From the NCBI GenBank assembly GCA_040377305.1, contig JBEIPA010000002.1, positions 96,001 to 160,000 of the forward strand: a DNA stretch of 64,000 nucleotides, given 5' to 3'. A program made the translations under genes and the position numbers. Origin of the DNA: Flavobacteriales bacterium (GTDB lineage Bacteria > Bacteroidota > Bacteroidia > Palsa-965). Shown one piece after another: positions 49,599 to 58,840 of the stretch. Position 1 is the first letter of the stretch, and every line of letters begins with the position of its first letter. Below the pieces are notes generated by a model. The model worked only from the letters and a program-made list of their open reading frames with translations. It ran no database searches and was not told the DNA's origin.

Positions 49599-50448
49599 AA
49601 TTATTTTGATATTAATCCTGATTTCGGGAGCATCATTCGCACAAAGTGATTCATCGAACGTGCGAGGTTACAGAGGCGGTTGTAAGCCCGTTGTGAGTAA
49701 AGGTTCGTTCTATTTTGCGTTCGGTTACAACAAAGATTGGTATTCAACTTCTGATTTGCGCATTCATGATGAGTCGGGAGATTACGATTTTACAATTCAT
49801 GATATGAAGGCGTATGATCGTCCGCACTTCAATGAGCTTTTCAAAGTCGCACTATCTATTCCGCAGTATGGTTACCGAATTGGTTATTGGTTTCCGAATT
49901 CTCACTTCGGTGCAGAGATTAAGTTCGATCACGCAAAATACATTGTGGCACCTGATCAGTATGCACGTGTCGAAGGCAAGATCAACGACTCGTATGTTGA
50001 TACGCAAATGGTGATCACTCATGATTTTCTTCACCTCGAACATACTGATGGGGCGAATTTCTTAATGATGAATGGAATGTACCGTTCGCTACTGAGAAAG
50101 CCCGGAAGATTTTTCTCATTCTACGGTGAGGCGAAAATCGGATTCGGCATGGTCGTTCCGCGCTCAGATGTTACGTTATTCGGACAACGCTGGAATCATT
50201 GTTTTCACGTTGCAGGATGGATTGCGGGTGTGGAAACTGGCGTACGAATTGAAATACTCAAGTACTTTTTTATAGAGCCATCTATTAAAGGATGTTATGC
50301 GAACTTCAAAAATGTACTTGCAGTTGATGACGTTTTGATCAGCCATCGTTTCTGGACTGGAATGGTGCTACTTGATGCTGGATTCCAGTTTCCGCTTGGT
50401 AAGGGTCGAAACAAACAACCGCGTGTGACTGCTCAACCAGGCTGGTAG
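49579..50448 (+). CDS. Hypothetical outer-membrane beta-barrel protein
   Basis: Signal peptide and alternating aromatic strands (FYFAFGYN, IPQYGYRIGYW, FDHAKY, LEHTDGAN, VPRSDV). Confidence 0.7.
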   Translation: MRSRRNKIILILILISGASFAQSDSSNVRGYRGGCKPVVSKGSFYFAFGYNKDWYSTSDLRIHDESGDYDFTIHDMKAYDRPHFNELFKVALSIPQYGYRIGYWFPNSHFGAEIKFDHAKYIVAPDQYARVEGKINDSYVDTQMVITHDFLHLEHTDGANFLMMNGMYRSLLRKPGRFFSFYGEAKIGFGMVVPRSDVTLFGQRWNHCFHVAGWIAGVETGVRIEILKYFFIEPSIKGCYANFKNVLAVDDVLISHRFWTGMVLLDAGFQFPLGKGRNKQPRVTAQPGW

Positions 50449-50510
50449 ATAATATAATACCTCACTTTCGCGTTTCAAAATAAACCGTATTTTTAAGAAA
50501 GTTCGCGCCA

Positions 50511-50825
50511 ATGAAGATATTAGTGATAGACAAGATTCTCCCGACAGCTACCGAGGAGAATATCCGCGGAGTAGTAATCCGTGACGCAATGCATACCTGG
50601 GTTTTGTACACGAAAGATGTGGTGCGCGAGATTTATTTCCGAAAAGACCGTCCGGGCGTAGTGATGGTTCTGGAATGCCCGTCAGTTGAAGATGCTAAAA
50701 CACTACTCAAAACCTTTCCAATGGTGAAAGCGGGAGTGGTTGACTTTGATATTATCCCTTTGGGACACTTCGTTCCGTTCGGCACCCTGCTCGATCAGTC
50801 ATTATTAACTTCCATGGCTGAATAA
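50511..50825 (+). CDS. Muconolactone-isomerase / YciI-like dimeric alpha-beta barrel protein
   Basis: VREIYFRKDRPGVVMVLEC.S.EDA...FPMVKAGVVDFDIIPL. Confidence 0.6.
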   Translation: MKILVIDKILPTATEENIRGVVIRDAMHTWVLYTKDVVREIYFRKDRPGVVMVLECPSVEDAKTLLKTFPMVKAGVVDFDIIPLGHFVPFGTLLDQSLLTSMAE

Positions 50826-50912
50826 TGAACGGGTAAGAATCAGGATAAGCGGATTTGATTTCACACAAATCCGATTTATTTTTACTTACAATTCTAACTT
50901 AAACAAAACCAA

Positions 50913-51509
50913 ATGAAAAAACTCTACACGACAATTATTTGCTTGCTCGGTATGTCTGCGATCGGATTCGCGCAGTGCACTATCACTTCAACTACAATTA
51001 CTCCAAACGGTTTGACGATCAACGTTACCGGAACCGGCACTGGTGCTGTATTCCCTGGCTACGGCTGGGATTGGGGTGATGCAACAGCGTTCGGCTTACA
51101 ACAGACTACCTCACATACGTATGCGTCAGCGGGAACTTATAACGTTTGTATGTATTATGTAGATATTACAGACACCTCATGCCAGGATATCGATTGCCAG
51201 AGCGTAACTGTTGCAGCTGTTGGAATCAACGAAGCAAACGGTGGTGTGAGCACCATCTCCGCTGCACCAAATCCATTCGGTGCTACAACAACTTTCAATG
51301 TTAGCCTTGCAAAAAATGCCGACGTAGAAATTACTGTGTACGACGTAACAGGACAGAAAGTTGAAACTGTGAAAGACGAACAAATGAGCGCGGGCGACCA
51401 CGCGATTGTTTGGACACCTGCAACGCTTGCTGACGGAGTTTACTTCGTGCAGATGGTGATTGACGGAAACACAACTACGAAGCGTATCGTTCACACTACA
51501 GGGAAGTAA
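50913..51509 (+). CDS. PKD-domain protein with T9SS type A sorting domain
   Basis: Signal peptide, WDWGD...HTYASAGTYNVC, then PNPF..VYDVTGQKV..GVYFV. Confidence 0.85.
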   Translation: MKKLYTTIICLLGMSAIGFAQCTITSTTITPNGLTINVTGTGTGAVFPGYGWDWGDATAFGLQQTTSHTYASAGTYNVCMYYVDITDTSCQDIDCQSVTVAAVGINEANGGVSTISAAPNPFGATTTFNVSLAKNADVEITVYDVTGQKVETVKDEQMSAGDHAIVWTPATLADGVYFVQMVIDGNTTTKRIVHTTGK

Positions 51510-51522
51510 TAATTAGTTATTG

Positions 51523-51561
51523 AAAAGGAAATCCCGTAGCGAGAGCTGCGGGATTTTTTTT
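51523..51561 (+). terminator. Bidirectional-type terminator after the PKD gene
   Basis: AAATCCCGTAGC-GAGA-GCTGCGGGATTT followed by a T run. Confidence 0.8.
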
Positions 51562-51609
51562 GTTCGTCGGTATAAAGAGGCCCATAAGTTTATTAAGTGT
51601 GTTCCGATC

Positions 51610-51719
51610 AAACTAATCCTGACGACTTTGCGGCAAAGCAAAGTGTCAGGATTAGTTTTTATATATGCGCAATGCGCATATATAAAAACTAAGCGTCCGG
51701 CCACACACCGGCCGGACGC
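51610..51719. repeat. Cluster of three overlapping or adjacent hairpins, including a perfect 20-bp palindrome
   Basis: Stems at 51610-51658, 51652-51692 and 51693-51719. Confidence 0.85.
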
Positions 51720-51746
51720 AACACACAAACACAATTTACAACACAC

Positions 51747-52193
51747 TTAACCCTTGCTAAGCAAGTCCTTCACTATCGCGGAGATAATCTTGCCATCAGC
51801 TTTTCCAGCAAATTTTTTCGTTGCGGCGCCCATTACTTTTCCCATGTCGGCAGCGGATGTTGCTCCTAATTCGCTGATCAGATTCTGAACTTCAGTTCTG
51901 ATCTCTGCTTCATCCATCTGCTTCGGGAGGTACGCTTCAATTACACCTGCCTGGAACAATTCTACATCGGCCAGATCTTTACGATTCTGTGTTACGTAAA
52001 TTTCAGCCGATTCTTTTCTCTTCTTTACTTCCTTCTGCAACGCTTTCATTGCAGAATCTTCAGTTAATCCTTCCGGTGAAGTTTTTAAAAGCAACACCGC
52101 AGATTTTATCGCGCGAATTGCTTCCAGCCTTGGTTGGTCTTTCGCCAACATTGCTGTCTTCATATCGCTGTTTATTTTTTCTTCGATTCCCAT
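51747..52193 (-). CDS. GatB/YqeY domain protein
   Basis: DMKTAMLAKD..AIRAIKS, KKRKESA, YLPKQM, DMGKVMG, GKADG. Confidence 0.93.
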   Translation of the reverse strand: MGIEEKINSDMKTAMLAKDQPRLEAIRAIKSAVLLLKTSPEGLTEDSAMKALQKEVKKRKESAEIYVTQNRKDLADVELFQAGVIEAYLPKQMDEAEIRTEVQNLISELGATSAADMGKVMGAATKKFAGKADGKIISAIVKDLLSKG

Positions 52194-52199
52194 TACCGA

Positions 52200-55100
52200 C
52201 TAATCAACGTTGTCGTGAAGAAATGAATTGTTCGGACGAATCTCGATTTTCTTCTCCTCGTTCTCAGTCAGAGTGAAACGTGATACCTGCGATTCAGATG
52301 AGTGAGGAACATTCTCGAGGTTAACGTTGCGGCGTTTGTAAGCTGGTTCGTTTTCCATTTCGTTCAACACTTGCGGGCTCTTCAATTTCAGGCTGATGTC
52401 GCGCAGTTTCTGGATGCGCTCATTCGCACGACGCTGGATATCTTCCTGCTCCGCTTTCTTAGCAGCTTCTTGCGGATCCATTTCCGCTTTCACTTCTTCC
52501 TTGAGGATGAGTGTTGGTTCAGCAACTTCTTCAACAAATGATTCTTCGATCGATGAAGTGATCTCGCTCATTGATGGAGTTTCCGTAAACTCTTCTGAAC
52601 TGAGTTCGCTGATTGGCTCGACAATTTCCTGAGACGTACTTACGATTTCAAACTCCACGCTTGTTGTTGAAGTCCACTCCGACTTCGTTTCAGCAACCGG
52701 CTCTATCGATTTAGATACGAGGAACGGCTCCAGCGGATTCACTTCTGTTTCTGCTACAGGAGGTGTGGTTGTTTCTGCTTTCGGTGCTTCAATAACTGTT
52801 CTCTCTTCGAGCTGACGAACAACTTTTTCAGGCTGTGATTTCGGAGCGTACTCGTAGTTCACAGGATTTGTTTGCTGGAATCCGGTTGCGATGATGGTCA
52901 CGCTCACTGAATCGCCAAGTGAAGTATCAACTCCGTATCCTTTGATTATTTCTGCAGTCTGACCAGCAGCTTCCTGGATGAAGTCGGTGATTTCACCAAG
53001 CTCGTCCATTGTGATTTCTTCAGAACCGGAGATGATATTCAGCAACACATAACGCGCGCCGATAATGTTGTTGTCGTTAAGGAGCGGAGAGTTCAGTGAC
53101 ATTTCCACTGCGCGTACTGCACGGTTCTCACCCGAAGCCACTGCCGATCCCATGATTGCCACACCGCTGTTGCGCATTACTGTGCAGATATCGGCGAAGT
53201 CAACGTTGATCTGTTGTGTGATGCTGATAATTTCTGCAATGCTCTTCGCAGCTGTTGTGAGTACATCGTCAGCGTGAGCAAACGCGTCGCTCAACTTCAG
53301 GTTGCCGTACATTTCACGAAGCTTGTCGTTGCGGATAACGAGAAGCGTGTCAACGTTCTGCTTCAGCAATTCGATTCCTTCTTCAGCATACTGGCGGCGT
53401 TTCTTTCCTTCGTGTGCGAATGGAACAGTAACGATACCAACGGTAAGGATTCCCAGTTCGCGTGCAACACCAGCAATTACCGGAGCTGCACCCGTTCCAG
53501 TTCCTCCACCCATACCAGCGGTGATGAACACCATTTTGGTATTGTTGGAAAGAATTGTGCGGAGATCTTCTATGTTTTCGATTGCGGCGTTGCGACCAAC
53601 TTCAGGAATTGATCCTGCACCACGTCCTTCGGTCAAAGTAGTTCCGAGAACCACTTTGTGAGGAACAGGGCTAAGGTCGAGTGCCTGTTTATCAGTATTG
53701 CATACAAGGAAATCAACACCCTTGATGCCGAGTTTGTACATGTGATTTACAGCGTTACTGCCGCCGCCGCCAACACCAATTACCTTGATGATAGACGAGT
53801 ATTCCGGAAGTTCGAATTTCATGGCTTCTTCGGATTTGAGATTAGTATGTGTGTGTGTTTCAATTTCGAATGTTGTTGTTTCAATAGTTTCACCTTCAAA
53901 CAACGGAAGCTCGCCAGGAAGCGAAGCATTGAAGCTTGCCTCTTCAGCGATGTCTTCGAACTCTGCTACTGGTTCAACTGCGTACATCCACGAGTGTTCT
54001 ACATTTACGAACACCGGTGTTGGAGTTTCAGCTACTGGATTTGCTTCTCCTGCTAGCTCGATAGGCTGGAATTCTTCGTTGAATATTGTGTTGTGTGACT
54101 CTGACATATTATGGTTTGCTGCTTCTGTGTTGGTAACGTTGCTTATCTCCCAGCCCATCTCAGTCGTACCGGTAGGCATTATCGTATCTTCTACGGTATC
54201 GGCAACGGGTGACATATTTATTTCAAAGGCCGGTTCAAGTCCGATTGCTTCGAGTGTTTCACTGATTACTTCCGGTGTAAATTCCGCGATCGGCATTTGA
54301 ACCGAATGTTCTTCGACCAGCGAAGCAAAATCAACATCTGCAACCGGATCGGCAGTCCATTCAGCTACCGGATCAGGGGTCCATTCTGCAACAGGATCAG
54401 CTACCACTTCAATTGATCCGGCAATTTCAACTTCTGAACTAATTTCTGAAATCAATTCTATTTCAGATTCAACTTTCCCAAGCGGCTCCATACTTATTTC
54501 CGCAAGCACGTCTTCGGATACTTCTGCAACGATCTCTTCAATCTCAACTGGAGCCAATTCTTCAACAACAGCAACAGTTGTTTCTTCAACAACCGCTTCA
54601 ACTGGCGAAACTGCTTCGATATCTGAAGTCACTACAACTTCCCCAACAACTTCAACTTCGCTTGTAATTTCTGCAACCGGAATAATTTCCAGTTCCTCTA
54701 CTGGTTCTACCTCATGATTAGCCTCGGCAGCAGATATAATATCACTGATCGGTTCTGAAACAATTTCAGATACCGGAACATTATGTGTTTCAACAATTGC
54801 AGCTTTCACTTCTTCATTGTTGTAATCGAATTCTTCATCATTCTCACCACCGATGTTTCCGAATCCCTTCATGATATCAGCAACGGAGCGAAACTTTGGC
54901 AATTCAACTTTTGGTTTCGCCTCAACCGGAACTTCTTCTTTCATTTCAGCATTCGCACCAATCTGATTCTCCAGGATGAACTTTGACGTTGTTTCTGACT
55001 CTTCTTTGGCCATCATCTCTGCCCATTCTTTGTCGAACTCCGCATCCCCAGTAGATTCTGCGACCGGACTAACCGGTGTAATTTTATTCACAGTTTCGTC

Positions 55101-55238
55101 CTGCTTCACAGCATCTTTGAAATTCCAGCGCTTTGGAAAACCATCGTTCGAAATCGGAGACGTGTTGTTCATTGACTGAGTGTTTGCCTTCTCCTCGTTC
55201 GATCCCATCTGATTGTTTGAAATTTCATTGAAATCCAT
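52200..55238 (-). CDS. ftsZ: Cell division protein FtsZ with long acidic N-terminal extension
   Basis: IKVIGVGGGGSNAV begins near residue 484; also NTD, GMGGGTGTG, NVDFAD, and the Bacteroidota C-terminus EPAYKR...NNSFLHDNVD. Confidence 0.95.
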   Translation of the reverse strand: MDFNEISNNQMGSNEEKANTQSMNNTSPISNDGFPKRWNFKDAVKQDETVNKITPVSPVAESTGDAEFDKEWAEMMAKEESETTSKFILENQIGANAEMKEEVPVEAKPKVELPKFRSVADIMKGFGNIGGENDEEFDYNNEEVKAAIVETHNVPVSEIVSEPISDIISAAEANHEVEPVEELEIIPVAEITSEVEVVGEVVVTSDIEAVSPVEAVVEETTVAVVEELAPVEIEEIVAEVSEDVLAEISMEPLGKVESEIELISEISSEVEIAGSIEVVADPVAEWTPDPVAEWTADPVADVDFASLVEEHSVQMPIAEFTPEVISETLEAIGLEPAFEINMSPVADTVEDTIMPTGTTEMGWEISNVTNTEAANHNMSESHNTIFNEEFQPIELAGEANPVAETPTPVFVNVEHSWMYAVEPVAEFEDIAEEASFNASLPGELPLFEGETIETTTFEIETHTHTNLKSEEAMKFELPEYSSIIKVIGVGGGGSNAVNHMYKLGIKGVDFLVCNTDKQALDLSPVPHKVVLGTTLTEGRGAGSIPEVGRNAAIENIEDLRTILSNNTKMVFITAGMGGGTGTGAAPVIAGVARELGILTVGIVTVPFAHEGKKRRQYAEEGIELLKQNVDTLLVIRNDKLREMYGNLKLSDAFAHADDVLTTAAKSIAEIISITQQINVDFADICTVMRNSGVAIMGSAVASGENRAVRAVEMSLNSPLLNDNNIIGARYVLLNIISGSEEITMDELGEITDFIQEAAGQTAEIIKGYGVDTSLGDSVSVTIIATGFQQTNPVNYEYAPKSQPEKVVRQLEERTVIEAPKAETTTPPVAETEVNPLEPFLVSKSIEPVAETKSEWTSTTSVEFEIVSTSQEIVEPISELSSEEFTETPSMSEITSSIEESFVEEVAEPTLILKEEVKAEMDPQEAAKKAEQEDIQRRANERIQKLRDISLKLKSPQVLNEMENEPAYKRRNVNLENVPHSSESQVSRFTLTENEEKKIEIRPNNSFLHDNVD

Positions 55239-55390
55239 AGGATACAGTTTGGATAAAAACTGATGAAAATTACTTTACATCTGCGCAAGCAAAACTTTAT
55301 GTAGGGATAACTTGTTAACGCTTAAATGTTGATAGCTCAACGAATTGCACATCGCAAAATCAAGCGTGGAACATTTCCGTGTAACAAGAA

Positions 55391-56668
55391 CTACCCATTA
55401 GGATCTTCCTCGAACCATTGTTTTCCCTTCGTGAATATCTGATCGAACCATCCGCCGCGCTTTTTAGTGTCGGAATGACCCGTTACGATGTTGGTTTTCT
55501 CTTCATTCGGCTTCTGCTTTGCATAAGCAACCAGCCCACGCATCACTAAACCAACACCGGTTGCATACATCGGACTCGTTACATCCTCCGAACTATTCGC
55601 CAGATGTTCGTTTGGATAACCAACACGCGTATCCATGCCAGTCACGTACTCCATCAATTGGGTAATGTGTTTAAGCTGCGATCCACCACCAGTAACTACG
55701 ATCCCTGCGATCAGCTTTTTCTCATACCCCGAATTCTTGATTTCGTAGTACACATGTTCCACGATTTCTTCCATACGCGCCTGAATAATGTGCGCCAGAT
55801 TTTTCACTGAAATTTCCTTGTGTGGGCGTCCGCGCAACCCAGGAATTGAAACAATCTCGTTCTCCTGATTCTCTGAAGCTAATGCAGAACCGAACTTCAC
55901 TTTTAAAAGCTCTGCCTGCGTTTTGATTATACTGCAACCTTCTTTAATATCTTCCGTGATGATGTTTCCACCGAATGGAATTACTGCAGTATGTCGAATG
56001 ATGCCGTCGTGGAATATTGCTACATCGGTTGTACCACCACCGATGTCAACTAGTACTACACCCGCCTCTTTTTCTTCGTCACTCAAAACTGCATCTGCAG
56101 ACGCCAGTGGTTCCAAAGTCAGGTCCGCCACTTCAAGTCCTGCTTTGTTTACACACTTGTAAATATTACGGGCCGCCGCAACCTGTCCTGTAATGATGTG
56201 GAAGTTCGCTTCGAGGCGCGTTCCTGCCATTCCAATCGGGTTCTTGATTCCGATTTCGCTATCCACAATGTACTCTTGCGGAATCACGTGAATAATTTCT
56301 TCGCCCGGTGACATCACCAAGCGGTACATATCTTCGATGAGCTCGTCAATATCTTTCTGACTGATTTCGTCGTCAAGACTGCGGCGGGTTTTCATACCAC
56401 GATGCTGCAGACTCTTGATGTGTTGTCCGGCAATTCCCACGTTGACAACTTTAATGTCAACACCGGATTTATTGCTGGCTTCTTCCAACGCCATCTTGAT
56501 TGCCTTTACGGTCTCGTCGATGTTCAAAACCACTCCACGGGCAACACCGAGTGATTCAGCTTTACCCATACCGAGGATTTCAATTTTTCCATGCTCAGTA
56601 CGTCGTCCCACCAGTGCGGCGATTTTAGTGGTTCCGATGTCAAGACCGACTACGATTTCAGATTCCAT
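55391..56668 (-). CDS. ftsA: Cell division protein FtsA
   Basis: VGLDIGTTKI, VDIGGGTTD, VVTGGGS, YATGVGL. Confidence 0.97.
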   Translation of the reverse strand: MESEIVVGLDIGTTKIAALVGRRTEHGKIEILGMGKAESLGVARGVVLNIDETVKAIKMALEEASNKSGVDIKVVNVGIAGQHIKSLQHRGMKTRRSLDDEISQKDIDELIEDMYRLVMSPGEEIIHVIPQEYIVDSEIGIKNPIGMAGTRLEANFHIITGQVAAARNIYKCVNKAGLEVADLTLEPLASADAVLSDEEKEAGVVLVDIGGGTTDVAIFHDGIIRHTAVIPFGGNIITEDIKEGCSIIKTQAELLKVKFGSALASENQENEIVSIPGLRGRPHKEISVKNLAHIIQARMEEIVEHVYYEIKNSGYEKKLIAGIVVTGGGSQLKHITQLMEYVTGMDTRVGYPNEHLANSSEDVTSPMYATGVGLVMRGLVAYAKQKPNEEKTNIVTGHSDTKKRGGWFDQIFTKGKQWFEEDPNG

Positions 56669-57473
56669 TTGTGATTGGCTTTTTGGTACAAACTATTTGA
56701 TTTTTATAGCGCAGATCAATTGCACTATACTCTGTCCATCGGCCCGTTGTATTAAGGCCATGGATGTAAAAAAGATTTAGCTTTTTAAATTTTGCATCGA
56801 TATTCTGAACATCACCGAAGACGATTTTGTGATCGCCCACCCGTGGGATTAATTCGAATCCATTATCCGGTGATAAGTACAACTGAACCATCTGAACGCG
56901 CAGGAATGAATCAGCATCAATTGCCTTCACTACATTCCAGATGTTATCGAGTGCCGTTGCGGTCTTCATTGCAGAATCAGCATCGATAAGACTGAAATCC
57001 TTGTTCTTCATATCTGCATACGTCTCAATGAAATTTCCATTTACGATGATTACCGGAGCAGTGTATTGTTCAGACCACGGCATGAGCTTACCATTTTCAT
57101 CCATGTAATAGGATTCTCCCGACAAATTTGTGAGACGCGCTATTGGTCGGCGCTGTTGAACTCTGAGTAATACTTTTCCTTCGACAGTAATACACGCCTC
57201 ACAAGTTTGAACAGAGGGATTAGACAACACCAGCTGTTCAATTACCGGAATATCAATTTCAGAAATCGCCTGTCGATCTGCACTGAAACCATTACTGATG
57301 AGCAAGGTGTTCAGTGTTTCCTCCGGAATAAATTCGTGTTGACCGATTGGCTCGATCACAATGTCAACCCCCATTGCAACGCGCTTCTCGTGCTGATGCA
57401 TCGCGAATCCGGTAAGGAAAATTATTGCAATGCCACAGAGAACCCAGGCAGATATAATGAGAATCCGTTTCAT
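56658..57473 (-). CDS. ftsQ: Cell division protein FtsQ/DivIB
   Basis: Between murC and ftsA; N-terminal TM; QRRPIAR, LIPRVGDH, IDLRYKNQIVC. Confidence 0.85.
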   Translation of the reverse strand: MKRILIISAWVLCGIAIIFLTGFAMHQHEKRVAMGVDIVIEPIGQHEFIPEETLNTLLISNGFSADRQAISEIDIPVIEQLVLSNPSVQTCEACITVEGKVLLRVQQRRPIARLTNLSGESYYMDENGKLMPWSEQYTAPVIIVNGNFIETYADMKNKDFSLIDADSAMKTATALDNIWNVVKAIDADSFLRVQMVQLYLSPDNGFELIPRVGDHKIVFGDVQNIDAKFKKLNLFYIHGLNTTGRWTEYSAIDLRYKNQIVCTKKPITNGI

Positions 57474-58840
57474 GAGTGACCTCCCTTCAATTTCAACACA
57501 TTTGCTACCGGTTTCACCAAACGGTCAATATCTCCTGCACCCAACATCAAAGTCACTTCCGGATTATTCTTTTCTATGAGTGACACTAATTCTTCCTTCG
57601 CGCATAGAAATTTATCGGGACCACTAATTTTTTCCAGAAGCATTGAGGAAGTGACTCCCGCGATAGGCAATTCACGTGCAGGATAAATCTCGAGTAGAAT
57701 TACGATATCGAGCATTTCCAGACTGCGTGCGAATTGATCAGCAAAATCGCGGGTCCGTGAAAACAAATGTGGTTGAAACACTCCGGTAATTTTCTTATCC
57801 GGATATAATTCACGCGCGGCAGAAATTGCAGCTTTCAGTTCTTCAGGATGGTGCGCGTAATCGTCTATAACAATATGCGTCTCTGTTCTCAGTGCAAATT
57901 CGAACCGACGGTGAACTCCGCGGAAATCGTTTATGCCTTTCCGGATGCCTTCAGCTGTTGCACCGAATTCAAGAGCCAGCGTTATCGCAGCAGTTGCATT
58001 TTCCACGTTGTGACGACCCGGTACAGAAAGATGCAAATCTGAAATGGTCTCGCGTTCTCCTTTATAGTCAAAAACGAACGCTCCATTGATAACGCGCACA
58101 TTTGATGCACTGTTCAACGATGCGTTAATTCCATAATTGCGTATGCGAACATCGGTACGATAATTTTCGCTCTCGTTCAGATCCAATCCGCTCTTCAGGA
58201 CAAGAGTTCCATCTTTCTTTACGCGCTCTGCGAATGATCTGTAGCTGTCTGTTACCTGCGAATGATCCCCATAAATGTCGAGATGATCTGCATCCATAGA
58301 TGTGATGATCGCACCAGCTGGAGATAAATGCAGGAAAGAACGATCGTACTCATCTGCTTCAACAACGACCAGTTTTGGATCGCCGAAAACGTAATTCGTT
58401 AAGTAGTTGGCAGAGATTCCTCCGAGAAACGCCGTGCAATTCACTCCAGAGCTTTTCAGCAAGTGAGTAAGCATTGTAGTTGTAGTAGTCTTACCGTGCG
58501 TTCCTGCTACCGCCAGACAAACTGAATCAGCACTAATCATTCCCAAAACTTCAGCTCGTTTTTTTATTGGAAGTCCGCGCTGTCTTAAGTGTATCCATTC
58601 TTTATGATCCGCAGGAATCGCGGGGGTAAGAACTACCAGGTCAACATCAGTTGGAATTAATTCAACGTTGTCTTCAAAGTGAATTCTCATTCCGGAAGCT
58701 ATCATTTCATCCGTGATTTCACTTGACGTTTTATCGTAACCCGAAATGCGAATTCCGCGTCCATGAAAATATTTCGCAAGCGCACTCATACCGATTCCGC
58801 CGATACCCAAAAAGTAAATATGTCGTACTTGTTCGAACAT
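57470..58840 (-). CDS. murC: UDP-N-acetylmuramate--L-alanine ligase
   Basis: GIGGIGMS, AGTHGKTTT, EADEYD, DDYAHHP, FQPH, GAGDI. Confidence 0.97.
   Translation of the reverse strand: MFEQVRHIYFLGIGGIGMSALAKYFHGRGIRISGYDKTSSEITDEMIASGMRIHFEDNVELIPTDVDLVVLTPAIPADHKEWIHLRQRGLPIKKRAEVLGMISADSVCLAVAGTHGKTTTTTMLTHLLKSSGVNCTAFLGGISANYLTNYVFGDPKLVVVEADEYDRSFLHLSPAGAIITSMDADHLDIYGDHSQVTDSYRSFAERVKKDGTLVLKSGLDLNESENYRTDVRIRNYGINASLNSASNVRVINGAFVFDYKGERETISDLHLSVPGRHNVENATAAITLALEFGATAEGIRKGINDFRGVHRRFEFALRTETHIVIDDYAHHPEELKAAISAARELYPDKKITGVFQPHLFSRTRDFADQFARSLEMLDIVILLEIYPARELPIAGVTSSMLLEKISGPDKFLCAKEELVSLIEKNNPEVTLMLGAGDIDRLVKPVANVLKLKGGHS

Noticed and set aside
51513-51750. Mirror ORFs on both strands sharing LVFIYA.CAYIKT
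   Set aside because: Artefact of the perfect palindrome; the ORFs also span terminators.
55239-55390. oriC or DnaA-box cluster between ftsA and ftsZ (also near 36498)
   Set aside because: Only mismatched boxes (e.g. CTATCAACA, TTATCCAAA), too few and too degenerate to support a call.
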